DNA of 64,000 bases from Bdellovibrionales bacterium (GTDB taxonomy: Bacteria; Bdellovibrionota; Bdellovibrionia; Bdellovibrionales; UBA1609), in the NCBI GenBank assembly GCA_027317865.1, contig DAHVQG010000001.1:295925-359924 (forward strand). Direction: 5' to 3'. Within the stretch, counting starts at the first letter, position 1. Every line of letters starts with the position of its first letter. Of the stretch, positions 31,317 to 40,615 are shown in pieces. Under the pieces are notes generated by a model. It did not search any database and was not told the origin of the DNA. It saw nothing but the letters and a program-made list of their open reading frames with translations. The translations under genes were made by a program, and so were the position numbers.

Positions 31317-33271
31317 TGTTTAGCTGTGATCTCCAGTAACGGTTGACCGGCTTGGATGGCATTTTTATTCGTCTGCTCTAATGTTGTGCGGCTAATGTTA
31401 AATAAGTCAGGATTGGTTACAACAATCGGTGAAATTGTGGAGGGTGCCTGTTTACTTATAATGCCGAGGTCAAAATCAATTAATTTTTGACCACGGTGAA
31501 CGCGGTCGCCTTGGTGCGCGAACGCCGTAAACCCACGGCCTGCCAGTTTAACCGTATCGATTCCGATGTGAATGAGAATTTCAGCGCCAAAATCGGTCCG
31601 AATACCAAGCGCATGATGGGTCGGGAATAACGTCACAAGCGTCCCATCGCATGGAGAAATGAGCTCGCCGCGCGTTGGTTTGATGGCAATCCCTTCGCCG
31701 GCAATTTTTTTTGCAAAAGTTGGATCAGGAACATTTTCAAGAGCGATAATTTCGCCGGTAAGTGGTGAGTCGAGAGTCGTAGAATGGATAAGCTTCTCGA
31801 TATGTTGACGCAGTAGATCTGACTCCACGCCGAACACAATTTGAAAATTTCCGGCTCCGGCGTTTAGTACCCCTGCCGCGCCAAGGCTTTTGAGGCGATT
31901 TTCATCCACGAGTTTAGGGTCTTTAGCCGTCAAACGTAATCGCGTAATACAAGCGGTTAAACTCAAAATGTTTTCAGCACCACCAATGGCTTTTAAAGTC
32001 CCGGCAGCCCTTTGCGTAAGCGCATCGCGTGTGACTTTTGCATTGGCGTCGGCGGCGACAATTTCAGGTTTAACTGCAGCTGCGGTTATTGGTGCTATCG
32101 CCGGCGATGTTCCGGCGAGGGCAAAGGCAAGTCCGTTACCGCGGCCTGGAGTCTTAAAGTCGAATATACCTATGAGCCAATAAAAGAGAGAAAAATAGAG
32201 AATCGCCATCAAGGGGCCGACAATCAAAAAAAGTTTAGCACTGTTGCGTGCATTAAAATAACCAAGAACGTAATCGATGGCCGAACCCGAAAACGTATAA
32301 CCAAGATGGATATGATAGTATGCTGTCAAGCAACCCGAGAGAAATGCTAGAAGCACGTGAACTGCGTATAAAAGTGGTGCTACAAATATAAACGTAAACT
32401 CAATGGGTTCGGTAATGCCGGTTAGAATCGACGTGAGTGCCGCCGACAGCATGACGCCGGCAACAACTTTGCGCTGAGAGTGTTCGGCGCGTAAAGTAAT
32501 GGCAAGTGCTGCCGCCGGTAGACCAAAAAGCATTATGGGATATTCAGAAGCCATAAACCGGCCCGCAGTAGGGTCGCCGGCAAAATAGCGGGCGGCGTCG
32601 CCATAAACCGTTTCACCATTTGGCAACGTGTACTTGCCAAACTCGAATAGAAACGGAGGGTAGTACACGTGGTGAAGTCCGATCGGGATAAGAAGCCGTT
32701 TGCCGGCAGCGTAAAAGGCGGGGCCCCAAGCGCTACTTGCAACGTGAGCGCCGAACGTATTGATCGAATTTTGTACCGGTGGCCACAAAAATCCAAACGC
32801 GACGCCGACAAAAAGTGCGGCAATAACAGTAAGGATCGGCACCAGGCGTTTGCCTGAAAAAAAACCGAAAATGGGGTTGAGCTGTGTTTGGTAGAACCGG
32901 CGATAAATTGCGGCAGCAACTAAGCCGATCACAATACCGCCGAAAACACCCGTATCGATTTTAAATGGTAAATTGAGAAGTTGAGTCATCTGCGCCAAAA
33001 CTTGCGTCATGGTGACGTAACCAACAGCAGCGGCAAGTCCGGCCGCACCCTCGTTTTCAGTAAAACCGATTGCCACACCGACAGCAAAAATCAGGGGTAA
33101 ATATTCAAATATTGAGAGTCCGCCGCTGACGAGGATTTTTGCCACGCGCGCATTTTCAGATTGCGTGAGCCGGCCGATTGCAACCAGTAAACCAGCCGCA
33201 GGCAACACCGAAACGGGGAGCATGAGCGATTGCCCGATCTGTTGCAAGTAACCAAACCATTTCGATCCCAT
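31301..33271 (-). CDS. Glucose/GlcNAc-family PTS EIICBA
   Basis: LMLPVSVLPAAGLL, GLHH, GITEPIEF (IIC); ACITRLR (IIB); HALG..HIGIDTV (IIA). Cannot distinguish ptsG from nagE. Confidence 0.93.
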   Translation of the reverse strand: MGSKWFGYLQQIGQSLMLPVSVLPAAGLLVAIGRLTQSENARVAKILVSGGLSIFEYLPLIFAVGVAIGFTENEGAAGLAAAVGYVTMTQVLAQMTQLLNLPFKIDTGVFGGIVIGLVAAAIYRRFYQTQLNPIFGFFSGKRLVPILTVIAALFVGVAFGFLWPPVQNSINTFGAHVASSAWGPAFYAAGKRLLIPIGLHHVYYPPFLFEFGKYTLPNGETVYGDAARYFAGDPTAGRFMASEYPIMLFGLPAAALAITLRAEHSQRKVVAGVMLSAALTSILTGITEPIEFTFIFVAPLLYAVHVLLAFLSGCLTAYYHIHLGYTFSGSAIDYVLGYFNARNSAKLFLIVGPLMAILYFSLFYWLIGIFDFKTPGRGNGLAFALAGTSPAIAPITAAAVKPEIVAADANAKVTRDALTQRAAGTLKAIGGAENILSLTACITRLRLTAKDPKLVDENRLKSLGAAGVLNAGAGNFQIVFGVESDLLRQHIEKLIHSTTLDSPLTGEIIALENVPDPTFAKKIAGEGIAIKPTRGELISPCDGTLVTLFPTHHALGIRTDFGAEILIHIGIDTVKLAGRGFTAFAHQGDRVHRGQKLIDFDLGIISKQAPSTISPIVVTNPDLFNISRTTLEQTNKNAIQAGQPLLEITAKQWKKS

Positions 33272-33285
33272 TACAAGCAACAATG

Positions 33286-33301
33286 AGCAAACGCTATGCC
33301 A
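33286..33301 (-). promoter_or_regulatory. Sigma-54 promoter of the PTS operon
   Basis: Minus strand TGGCATAGCGTTTGCT, a near-consensus -24/-12 element. Confidence 0.65.
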
Positions 33302-33325
33302 ACAATAGAGCTCTGTGAGAGATTT

Positions 33326-33697
33326 TTATTTTTTGCGCAGACTTCTTACGTATTCCGCAACTGCATGCCGGTCGGCCGATGAGAGTTGCGGAAAGCCGGC
33401 CATCGCCGTCCCAGGCAAACCGTGGGTGGCGACCCAGTAAATTCCAGCAACCGAACCACCGCCGTGTTTGTTTAGAAATTTGCCATTTGGCGCAGTTGGA
33501 TCGACAAAATTGCGCGGGCGAGGATTCATGTATTGACCCACTGGCCCCATGCCATTTCCTTTAACGCCGTGGCAAGGTACGCAATTCTGCATAAATACCT
33601 TTTTACCTTTTGCAACGAGTGCGGGATTTAATACGGTATGAGCTGAAACCGGTAGCGGCCCCATTAAAAATGCTAAAATTAAAAATGTTTTTTTCAT
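33326..33697 (-). CDS. Periplasmic monoheme cytochrome c
   Basis: Signal peptide, CVPCH, GNGMGP..MNPRPRNF, distal Met in GTAMAGF; GAGG RBS. Confidence 0.92.
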   Translation of the reverse strand: MKKTFLILAFLMGPLPVSAHTVLNPALVAKGKKVFMQNCVPCHGVKGNGMGPVGQYMNPRPRNFVDPTAPNGKFLNKHGGGSVAGIYWVATHGLPGTAMAGFPQLSSADRHAVAEYVRSLRKK

Positions 33698-33727
33698 GTT
33701 AATACCTCGTTAGTTAAACGTTTTTGG

Positions 33728-34984
33728 TTACATTAAAAACCGCAATACTACGCCTACGTCGGTTGTTTGGCCCTGTGCAATAGCGTCTTCAGATAAGGCA
33801 GATACTGTGCTGTTGATATGGAACACCAAAATTCGATTCGAGTACGGAATGCTGGCTTGTAGTGAATAGCCAGTCGCGCTCTGACTTGAATTGTAATTGT
33901 ATTTATCACCGCGCAGGGCAATTACTAAGTGCGGTAAGGCATAATAAAAGGCGCCAACAAATCCGCCATTACTATCGAATGTCCCCTCTGGGGTGGTCGT
34001 TGTTGTCACGTAGTGATTTTGGGCCCAACCGGCACCTGCGACGATGTCGACTTTAGGTACGGCGTGATACGTAACGTAAATTCGCTCTTGATTGAAATCG
34101 TCGAGCCAAGTGTCAGGCCCGGCACCAAATACGAGTGGAATCGACCCATTGTAGTAACCCAAAGTCACTTCGCCGATATTACCAACGAACTGATCGAGTT
34201 GAACCTTGACGTCGCGAGACCCGGCACCGTGGGCTTTAATGTTCGCGGGTGCAATGCTCCCCGAAGTTCCATCGAATCCGTCGTAGTAGCCAAGAGTTAA
34301 ATGCGACTCTCGATAATTAAGGCCAGCTTCAAACCCTTGTTGTACGCCTTCACCCATGGCGCCAAAGGGTAAGGCTAAAGTGTTTTGATTTTTGAACGGA
34401 CTAAGTTGATCCATTAGCGGGATATTGCCATCGTCGAGCCATTGATCGGAGGCGCCGTAACCTTCGGGTGCCAACCAACCCGCGCGAAAATTGTAAAACA
34501 AATTGGGTGTACCAAACGCGTAGCGAACATCCGCCATCCCCATGGCAAGCCCGCCGCCACTAGTTGGGGGAGCGGCATCCATCTCTGACCAAACACCCCA
34601 ATTGCCGAGAAAACCACCGACGAGAGGCCAAATTTCGACTTCGGGAATTTCAATCCCGTTATCGTTCAAAGTCGTTGAACCGGCCGCTGTGGTAGCGGAG
34701 TATTTATAGCCTACGTTTACACCGACCGCCATGTGGTTCGTTATTGTCATCCCTTGGGCATCGGCCTGTTTGTTGCCGAGTTCACCGGGCAGGTGAAACG
34801 CCATTCTTCTAAAAATGTAACCAAATTCTGTTAAATGGGGAGCGGCGCCATTTGTGTGACATACGCTACATTTGAAATTGTACCGCCTTGCAAACGCAGG
34901 GAGTGCCTGGGCAACAGGCGCGATTAAAGAAAAAGCTAGTAGAACTATTGAAGCGGCAACTATTCGCGAAGATCGAGTTATCAT
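33728..34984 (-). CDS. cyc2: Cyc2-like cytochrome c-porin fusion
   Basis: Signal peptide, then ALPAFARRYNFKCSVCH...PHLTEFGYIF, the Cyc2 N-terminal signature, followed by alternating beta-strands. Confidence 0.8.
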   Translation of the reverse strand: MITRSSRIVAASIVLLAFSLIAPVAQALPAFARRYNFKCSVCHTNGAAPHLTEFGYIFRRMAFHLPGELGNKQADAQGMTITNHMAVGVNVGYKYSATTAAGSTTLNDNGIEIPEVEIWPLVGGFLGNWGVWSEMDAAPPTSGGGLAMGMADVRYAFGTPNLFYNFRAGWLAPEGYGASDQWLDDGNIPLMDQLSPFKNQNTLALPFGAMGEGVQQGFEAGLNYRESHLTLGYYDGFDGTSGSIAPANIKAHGAGSRDVKVQLDQFVGNIGEVTLGYYNGSIPLVFGAGPDTWLDDFNQERIYVTYHAVPKVDIVAGAGWAQNHYVTTTTTPEGTFDSNGGFVGAFYYALPHLVIALRGDKYNYNSSQSATGYSLQASIPYSNRILVFHINSTVSALSEDAIAQGQTTDVGVVLRFLM

Positions 34985-35269
34985 TAGAGCAACCCCCTAT
35001 TCTTAGATGCATGAATCATTCGTTAACCCGCGAATTATATTACGGCACAATTTTAAAAAGAAACAAGGGGTGAGCTGAAGTGTGTTGCAATGTGGTCTAT
35101 CGTCCGTGTGCACGGTAGACAAAATGTCGCGCACTTGGCCAAGCTGTCAGTTTATTTAGGGGCATAATGGCCAAACGGACCGTGCGGATGATCTTGTGCA
35201 AGAGAGGTCTATCGAAGCTCAGCCAAAATCTAAGCCGAGCCTCGATTGTACTTATGTATCTTTAAGCCG

Positions 35270-35779
35270 TTAATGAATGGCGATGAGTATTTGCGCCAAC
35301 ATTTGGGGACCATTTACAACAGCCAATGGGAGAAAATCGGAGTTCCACCATTCATTATTTTGTTGGGTAACGCCACCACCCGGGCGCATGTTACGCTGAG
35401 TTAGGTATACGATTATGTTATCTGCCGCCAGTACTCGCTGGAGATCCGTATTTTCAAGCGCGAGAATCGAGGACTTATTGAGTCCCGCAAATTCGGTAAG
35501 TCCTTTGGTGGCGTAAGCCTGAAATTCATTGATCTGAGCGCGAGTAAAACCGCTCGATTGGAGTTCGGTGACTTGTAGAGCAATTTGCTGTTGATAATCG
35601 GCAACAATCTGATCTTTTGACATTGTCTCATGCCGCGCGATCAATTGATTTAAGCGTTGAACAATTTCAGCCTTTATTAGTTTAGCGTCTCTTGTTCCCC
35701 CCAATTCGGCATTTGCTACGTTTGGCAGTGAAACCACGACTGCCGAAAGAAACAACACGACCAGAGTTTTGACGTTCAT
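35270..35779 (-). CDS. Secreted hypothetical helical protein
   Basis: GGAG RBS, signal peptide ending ANA. Confidence 0.65.
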   Translation of the reverse strand: MNVKTLVVLFLSAVVVSLPNVANAELGGTRDAKLIKAEIVQRLNQLIARHETMSKDQIVADYQQQIALQVTELQSSGFTRAQINEFQAYATKGLTEFAGLNKSSILALENTDLQRVLAADNIIVYLTQRNMRPGGGVTQQNNEWWNSDFLPLAVVNGPQMLAQILIAIH

Positions 35780-35989
35780 ACGACCTCTCCTTTTTTGGGG
35801 CTAGAAGCCTCAACTGTTAGCTTTTTGCATATGAAACGCATTGCAGCATATGACTTGCACGATAGAAAATCAATATCCTGCAATTAGAATAGAAAACTTT
35901 TCGGGTTTGATCATCGCGCTCGGCACATTTGTTTTTAATTCGAAATTGGTAGTACCAATAACGTAGGACAAAATTGCTCAAACGCAACG

Positions 35990-37072
35990 TCAGAAGTAAT
36001 AATGTCCCATGAGATAGGCGCCATCCGACCATTGCGAAGCCTGAATCGTCTTATCGTATTCGCCCGAAAGCTCGAGATGCGGCCTCGGGAAGAAATGAAA
36101 ACCCAATCCAAAAGTCATTGCTAAAGTCGAATGATCGGACAAATTGTCCTGCTCATGCTGGTACTCAAAGTAAGGTATAATCCCTTTATAGATTTCGTAG
36201 GCAAATTGACTGAGGCCATAGGCTCCATTCTCAAAATTTCTGTACTCGAGGTCGAACTCGCTTAGGTTATAAAACCGTTTTGTAAATCCGAAGATGCCGT
36301 GTACGCCGATGATGTGGCGACTGATTTCAGGACCGTGTCCGTCCCAGTAACTGATGCCCGCCCGCATTCGATTAAGAAATGAATAATCCACGAGTAGTGT
36401 GCGCACAGTCTCTTGTGTCGACAACGGATAATCTGCAGGAGTTTGACCGGCATCGGCTTGAATTGTCCAATTCTCACTGAGGTAGTCCGCCTCAACCATG
36501 TTGAGGTTAAAATCTGGGATAACTTTCGCGATCATTTCTTTGATGGTTGTGGTGTGGTCGGGAATGTTGAGACCAAATGCCGGCTCGAAACGCCCGAAGC
36601 GCAGAACGAAGTTATCCGGCAAGTTCAACATACCGTAGTACTGGGTGGCATAAAAATTACCGTGCAACCCGCCTTGCATGGGATTAGTTAACTGACCAAC
36701 TGAAACAACACCGGTAAACCGGCCCGTCTTATATGCGGCTTGTATATTGGCCATCATGAGGAACAATTGCGCGGTATCCGGATTCGTTGTGTAGGTTTGA
36801 ACTCCACGCACATCGCCACCAAAGAAGATCCCTTTCTTTTCAAGCTTCTTGGACCATTGGGAATTCATGAATTGAGCTTCATGGGCGTATGACCACGTAC
36901 TAATTAGGGCGGACGAAAGTTCGCGGCCGTATTCTGTCAAAATACCACCGCCAGTCGGTGAAATATGGCAGGCGGTACATTGAGTGTACCCGTGGCCGAC
37001 CATGTAAGGGAACGCCCAAACTTTGCTACAGAACACAGTTAAAAGAACGAGCAACGTTGTCTTGATCGCCAT
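35990..37072 (-). CDS. CXXCH-containing outer-membrane beta-barrel (second cytochrome-porin fusion)
   Basis: Signal peptide, FPYMVGHGYTQCTACHISPTGGGILTEYGR, beta-strand pattern, C-terminal aromatic HYYF. Confidence 0.8.
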   Translation of the reverse strand: MAIKTTLLVLLTVFCSKVWAFPYMVGHGYTQCTACHISPTGGGILTEYGRELSSALISTWSYAHEAQFMNSQWSKKLEKKGIFFGGDVRGVQTYTTNPDTAQLFLMMANIQAAYKTGRFTGVVSVGQLTNPMQGGLHGNFYATQYYGMLNLPDNFVLRFGRFEPAFGLNIPDHTTTIKEMIAKVIPDFNLNMVEADYLSENWTIQADAGQTPADYPLSTQETVRTLLVDYSFLNRMRAGISYWDGHGPEISRHIIGVHGIFGFTKRFYNLSEFDLEYRNFENGAYGLSQFAYEIYKGIIPYFEYQHEQDNLSDHSTLAMTFGLGFHFFPRPHLELSGEYDKTIQASQWSDGAYLMGHYYF

Positions 37073-37087
37073 GTTGAAAATCCCCTT

Positions 37088-37651
37088 TTAGAGCGCGACG
37101 ATTTTCTTGATCTGAACATTAATTTTGACATTGTTGGCGACAGTGACGCCGGCAAACGATGGCAGATCAATGTTATATTTGCTGAGTTTCACTGAAAATT
37201 TCGCATGAACAGTGCCATCGTCATTTACTGAAAACTTGCCGTGCACCGGCCGGGTCACGCCATGCAAAGTTAGCAAGCCGTCAAAATGTGCCCCATTGAT
37301 TTCAGGTTTCGCTAAACTCCAGCCCGGTGCGATCGAATGCACTTTTTGAATAACCAGTTTGGCATCAGGATATTTTTGTATCTGCAAATATTTATCTTTC
37401 ATGTGCTTATTGCGCAGAGAGATCCCGGTATCAAGCGAGTCCAAAGCAAAATTGAATTCACCACTGACGTGATCACCGTTGATCTTCAGTGTTCCTGTCG
37501 GAGCAGATCCGACGCCGTGAATTTTGATAAAGCTCGGCCGGCCAATTGCGAGAAAATCAACGTGACCACCTTTAGCCGATAGTTTCTGAACCATGGCCCA
37601 ACTTGGCGCAGACATCGAACAAAGCAGGCACAATAAAATTGCGATTTTCAT
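37088..37651 (-). CDS. YceI-family periplasmic lipid/polyisoprenoid-binding protein
   Basis: SLDTGISLRNKHM, KYPDA, GLLTLHGVTRPV. Confidence 0.9.
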   Translation of the reverse strand: MKIAILLCLLCSMSAPSWAMVQKLSAKGGHVDFLAIGRPSFIKIHGVGSAPTGTLKINGDHVSGEFNFALDSLDTGISLRNKHMKDKYLQIQKYPDAKLVIQKVHSIAPGWSLAKPEINGAHFDGLLTLHGVTRPVHGKFSVNDDGTVHAKFSVKLSKYNIDLPSFAGVTVANNVKINVQIKKIVAL

Positions 37652-37870
37652 ATCCCCCCCTTTATTTTTGACCAGAACGTCTTTCGTCTTTGCTATAAAT
37701 GCATAAATTCTAAAGCTTGAATAGAGAATTCTTCGCCTTTTTAATTTTAGGTGAATATATGAATCAAAATCGACACAGATGCGCTTAGCAATTCAAGATT
37801 TCAAAAATGTCAGATGTGTTGATGTTGCTACGCTTTTATTTTTATTGCGTTAGGCTGAAAAATTTTAGTG

Positions 37871-38956
37871 CTAAAAAAACACAATTCGTACGTTGTTTTC
37901 AGCCGGTACGACTTTGCCGATAATGTCCGTGGCTCGAAAACGGGATTTCAAACGCTCGACAACAGTTGCAGCGCATTCAGCGGATACGGCCAAAAGTAAT
38001 CCCCCCGATGTTTGAGGGTCTACCATGAGAAGCCGTGTCGTATCCGAAACGGCGTCGGCGTTGACTTCGTTCTTTACATATTCCCAATTGGTTCGGTGCG
38101 CCCGGTTCAAAATTTTATTTTCAATACATTCTCGCGCACCAGGCAGTACGGGAACCATTTGGGTATCGATGTGAAAATTAACGTTACTTGCGCGCGCCAT
38201 TTGGAGTGCGTGGCCGGCAAGACCGAATCCGGTGACGTCCGTGGCCGCATGAATTCTAATGGTATCGGTAGCGCCAGAAGATTCGCCCGGTTTTATTTGC
38301 GTCAACATCTCCGGCGCATTGTTGAGCTGTTTCATACTTTCGATGGCGCCGGCAACAATGATATCGCTCACTTCGCGCCGCTTGAGTGCCGAGGTGATTG
38401 TACCGGTGCCAAGAGCTTTCGTGAGAATGAGTACATCGCCAGGTCTGGCTCCCGCATTGGTCCACGCTTGATCGGCGGGTACAAACCCGGTCACCGAAAG
38501 TCCAAATTTAAGTGTGTCGTCGTCGATCGTGTGACCTCCAGCAAGGCACGCGCCCGCTTCATGAATTTTTTCAAGAGCTCCGCGTAGAAGAGGTTTAAGA
38601 ATTTCAATTGGCAACGTCTGCGTCGGAAAGGCCAAAATACTCAGACAAAGTTTTGGCGAACCGCCCATTGCGTAAACGTCGCTAATGGCGTTGGCTGCGG
38701 CGATCGCGCCGAAATCGTACGGGTCATCGACTATGGGAGTAAAAAAATCGAGCGTTTGTACAAGATTTTGGCCATTCGCGAGGCTCCAGAGGCAAGCGTC
38801 ATCCATGGTCTCTGCGCCTAGAATGAGTGACGGCGGCTTTGACAATTCCAGCTCTTGTAAAATCTCGCGTAGTTGACCCGCAGGGAGTTTAGCCGCACAG
38901 CCGCCTTTTTGTACGGTTTCAGTCAGGCGAATTGACTTTGAATCCAGTTCCGGCAT
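37871..38956 (-). CDS. selD: Selenide, water dikinase (Cys form)
   Basis: GGCAAK, QTLDFFTP, ANAISDVYAMGG, GGHT, TDVTGFGL, DPQTSGGLL. Confidence 0.96.
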   Translation of the reverse strand: MPELDSKSIRLTETVQKGGCAAKLPAGQLREILQELELSKPPSLILGAETMDDACLWSLANGQNLVQTLDFFTPIVDDPYDFGAIAAANAISDVYAMGGSPKLCLSILAFPTQTLPIEILKPLLRGALEKIHEAGACLAGGHTIDDDTLKFGLSVTGFVPADQAWTNAGARPGDVLILTKALGTGTITSALKRREVSDIIVAGAIESMKQLNNAPEMLTQIKPGESSGATDTIRIHAATDVTGFGLAGHALQMARASNVNFHIDTQMVPVLPGARECIENKILNRAHRTNWEYVKNEVNADAVSDTTRLLMVDPQTSGGLLLAVSAECAATVVERLKSRFRATDIIGKVVPAENNVRIVFF

Positions 38957-39987
38957 TGGTCCCAATCTCCTTCAAACGCGATGGGGCGTTTCAGTCGTGA
39001 CTCGGCATATTGATAAGCTTTGTCGTAATAATTTTCTAGTAAAAGACGAATCCACTGTCGGTGAAGATCGAAGTTCGACTTTTTAAACGCCGTTTTGAGA
39101 CTTTCAAGGGTCAGCGCATGCATTTGACCGCCAAGGCGCGTGCGAATGCGAAAAAGGCACGTCTCGTAATGCGCTTCAAGGCGGCTCGAATCAATGCCGG
39201 TTTCAAGCGGAATTTTCACGTAGTCGCCCAAAATATTGGTCACGCGATCTTCGATATTTACATTGAGACGAATAATTGCGGAGCTCTTGATTTCATTCAC
39301 GACGGTTTGGGGGACACGCAAACTGCCGATGGCGACGCTTTCATCTTCGATAAGAACGCGCGCGCGATCGCGAAGCTGGACAAAGCGAATTGCGATTTCA
39401 TTTTCAAACGTAGTTTGGCTCGGCTGGGGCGTGCGTAATAGGGCGCCGAAGCTGCTCCCGCGGTGGCACGCGAATTTTTCTAAGTCGACGTGACAACGTT
39501 CAAATTGGTCGAGCAGTTGAGTTTTACCTGAACCGGTCGGACCGGCGATCACATAAAATGGCGGAGGTGCGCTCAATTCTTTCAAGAATTCGTTGCGCAA
39601 GGCCTTTGTACCGCCTTCGATTCGAATAACCTTTTGACCAGCCGATTGAATCCACTTTGCGGCAGTTTCGGAACGCAAACCGCCGCGCCAGCACGTCAGT
39701 AGCGGCCACTCGGTTTCTTGCAAATAGTTGCCCCACTGTTCAACAAGGCGATCGCGGTGGCCGTCGACAAGTTTGTGGCCCAATTCAATTGCCGCCTGTT
39801 GGCCGCGATTTTTGTAGCAGATACCGACTTCGCGGCGCTCGGAATTATTTAAAATCGGGATATTAATAAATTTTGGTATGGCGCCCTTTTTGAATTCATC
39901 TTCGGAGCGCACATCCACGCCCCGTACGGAATTATCAAACGCGATAAGTTGAACGGCATGTGCCGGTGTGATCGACTGCAAATCCAT
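38923..39987 (-). CDS. mnmH: tRNA 2-selenouridine synthase
   Basis: DVRSEDEF, CWRGGLRS, GPTGSGKT, HRGSSFG, QPSQTTFEN, YYD; adjacent to selD. Confidence 0.93.
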   Translation of the reverse strand: MDLQSITPAHAVQLIAFDNSVRGVDVRSEDEFKKGAIPKFINIPILNNSERREVGICYKNRGQQAAIELGHKLVDGHRDRLVEQWGNYLQETEWPLLTCWRGGLRSETAAKWIQSAGQKVIRIEGGTKALRNEFLKELSAPPPFYVIAGPTGSGKTQLLDQFERCHVDLEKFACHRGSSFGALLRTPQPSQTTFENEIAIRFVQLRDRARVLIEDESVAIGSLRVPQTVVNEIKSSAIIRLNVNIEDRVTNILGDYVKIPLETGIDSSRLEAHYETCLFRIRTRLGGQMHALTLESLKTAFKKSNFDLHRQWIRLLLENYYDKAYQYAESRLKRPIAFEGDWDQCRNWIQSQFA

Positions 39988-40013
39988 TCGCTTACGGGTG
40001 TAAGTCGCGAAAC

Positions 40014-40439
40014 TTATTGTGCTTCGCAGGCATATTGCTGGCTGTTGAGTTCCGCTCGGCCTTTGACTTGTCCGTAGCTCAACTGTGGACTCACTCTGAG
40101 TTGTATAAGCGCTTTCATAAAGCAGTGTGGAGCACCTGGATTTTTTTGCGAACAACCTACAATACCTTGATAGGTGAGGTCGCCGTGCGAATCCAACGAG
40201 GGCATCAATTTTAATTTAACTGAGCTGCCGAAGTAATCAATGAGCGTAACGGTACGCCGATCTTTTGAAAAATTAATGCTTAGACTTTTGCCGTATCCGT
40301 TCGGACTCACACAGGAATAATATTGCGTGTTCGAATTATAAGAGCGGCGCGAATACGCGTTTGCGACGTTTGAATAAACGGTTACAGACAAAGCCAACGC
40401 CGAAGTGAGCGTAGAAACGAGCACCGACAATCTTTTCAT
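40014..40439 (-). CDS. Secreted hypothetical protein (4 Cys)
   Basis: AGGAG RBS, signal peptide ending ANA. Confidence 0.65.
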   Translation of the reverse strand: MKRLSVLVSTLTSALALSVTVYSNVANAYSRRSYNSNTQYYSCVSPNGYGKSLSINFSKDRRTVTLIDYFGSSVKLKLMPSLDSHGDLTYQGIVGCSQKNPGAPHCFMKALIQLRVSPQLSYGQVKGRAELNSQQYACEAQ

Positions 40440-40572
40440 AAAAACTCCTTTTGGTGATTCGATTACGGCTAGTTGAGTGAATTAGGTCTTTAAATTTTAG
40501 GAGTCAAGCGGTCTTGGCTCAAATGGCATTAATTTGATTTTTTGAGTATTTGCGTTTTGAGGAGGTAATAAC

Positions 40573-40598
40573 GGAGCGGCCTCAGATTGAGCCGCTCC
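40573..40598 (-). terminator. Hairpin downstream of the second S53 gene
   Basis: GGAGCGGC...GCCGCTCC inverted repeat just after the stop at 40616. Confidence 0.6.
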
Positions 40599-40615
40599 CT
40601 TAGATAAGAGATTTC

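Noticed and set aside
38012-38587. Long antisense/overlapping ORFs (also 14994-15500, 42580-43119, 53655-54119 and others)
   Set aside because: Shadows of well-supported genes with no recognisable motifs.
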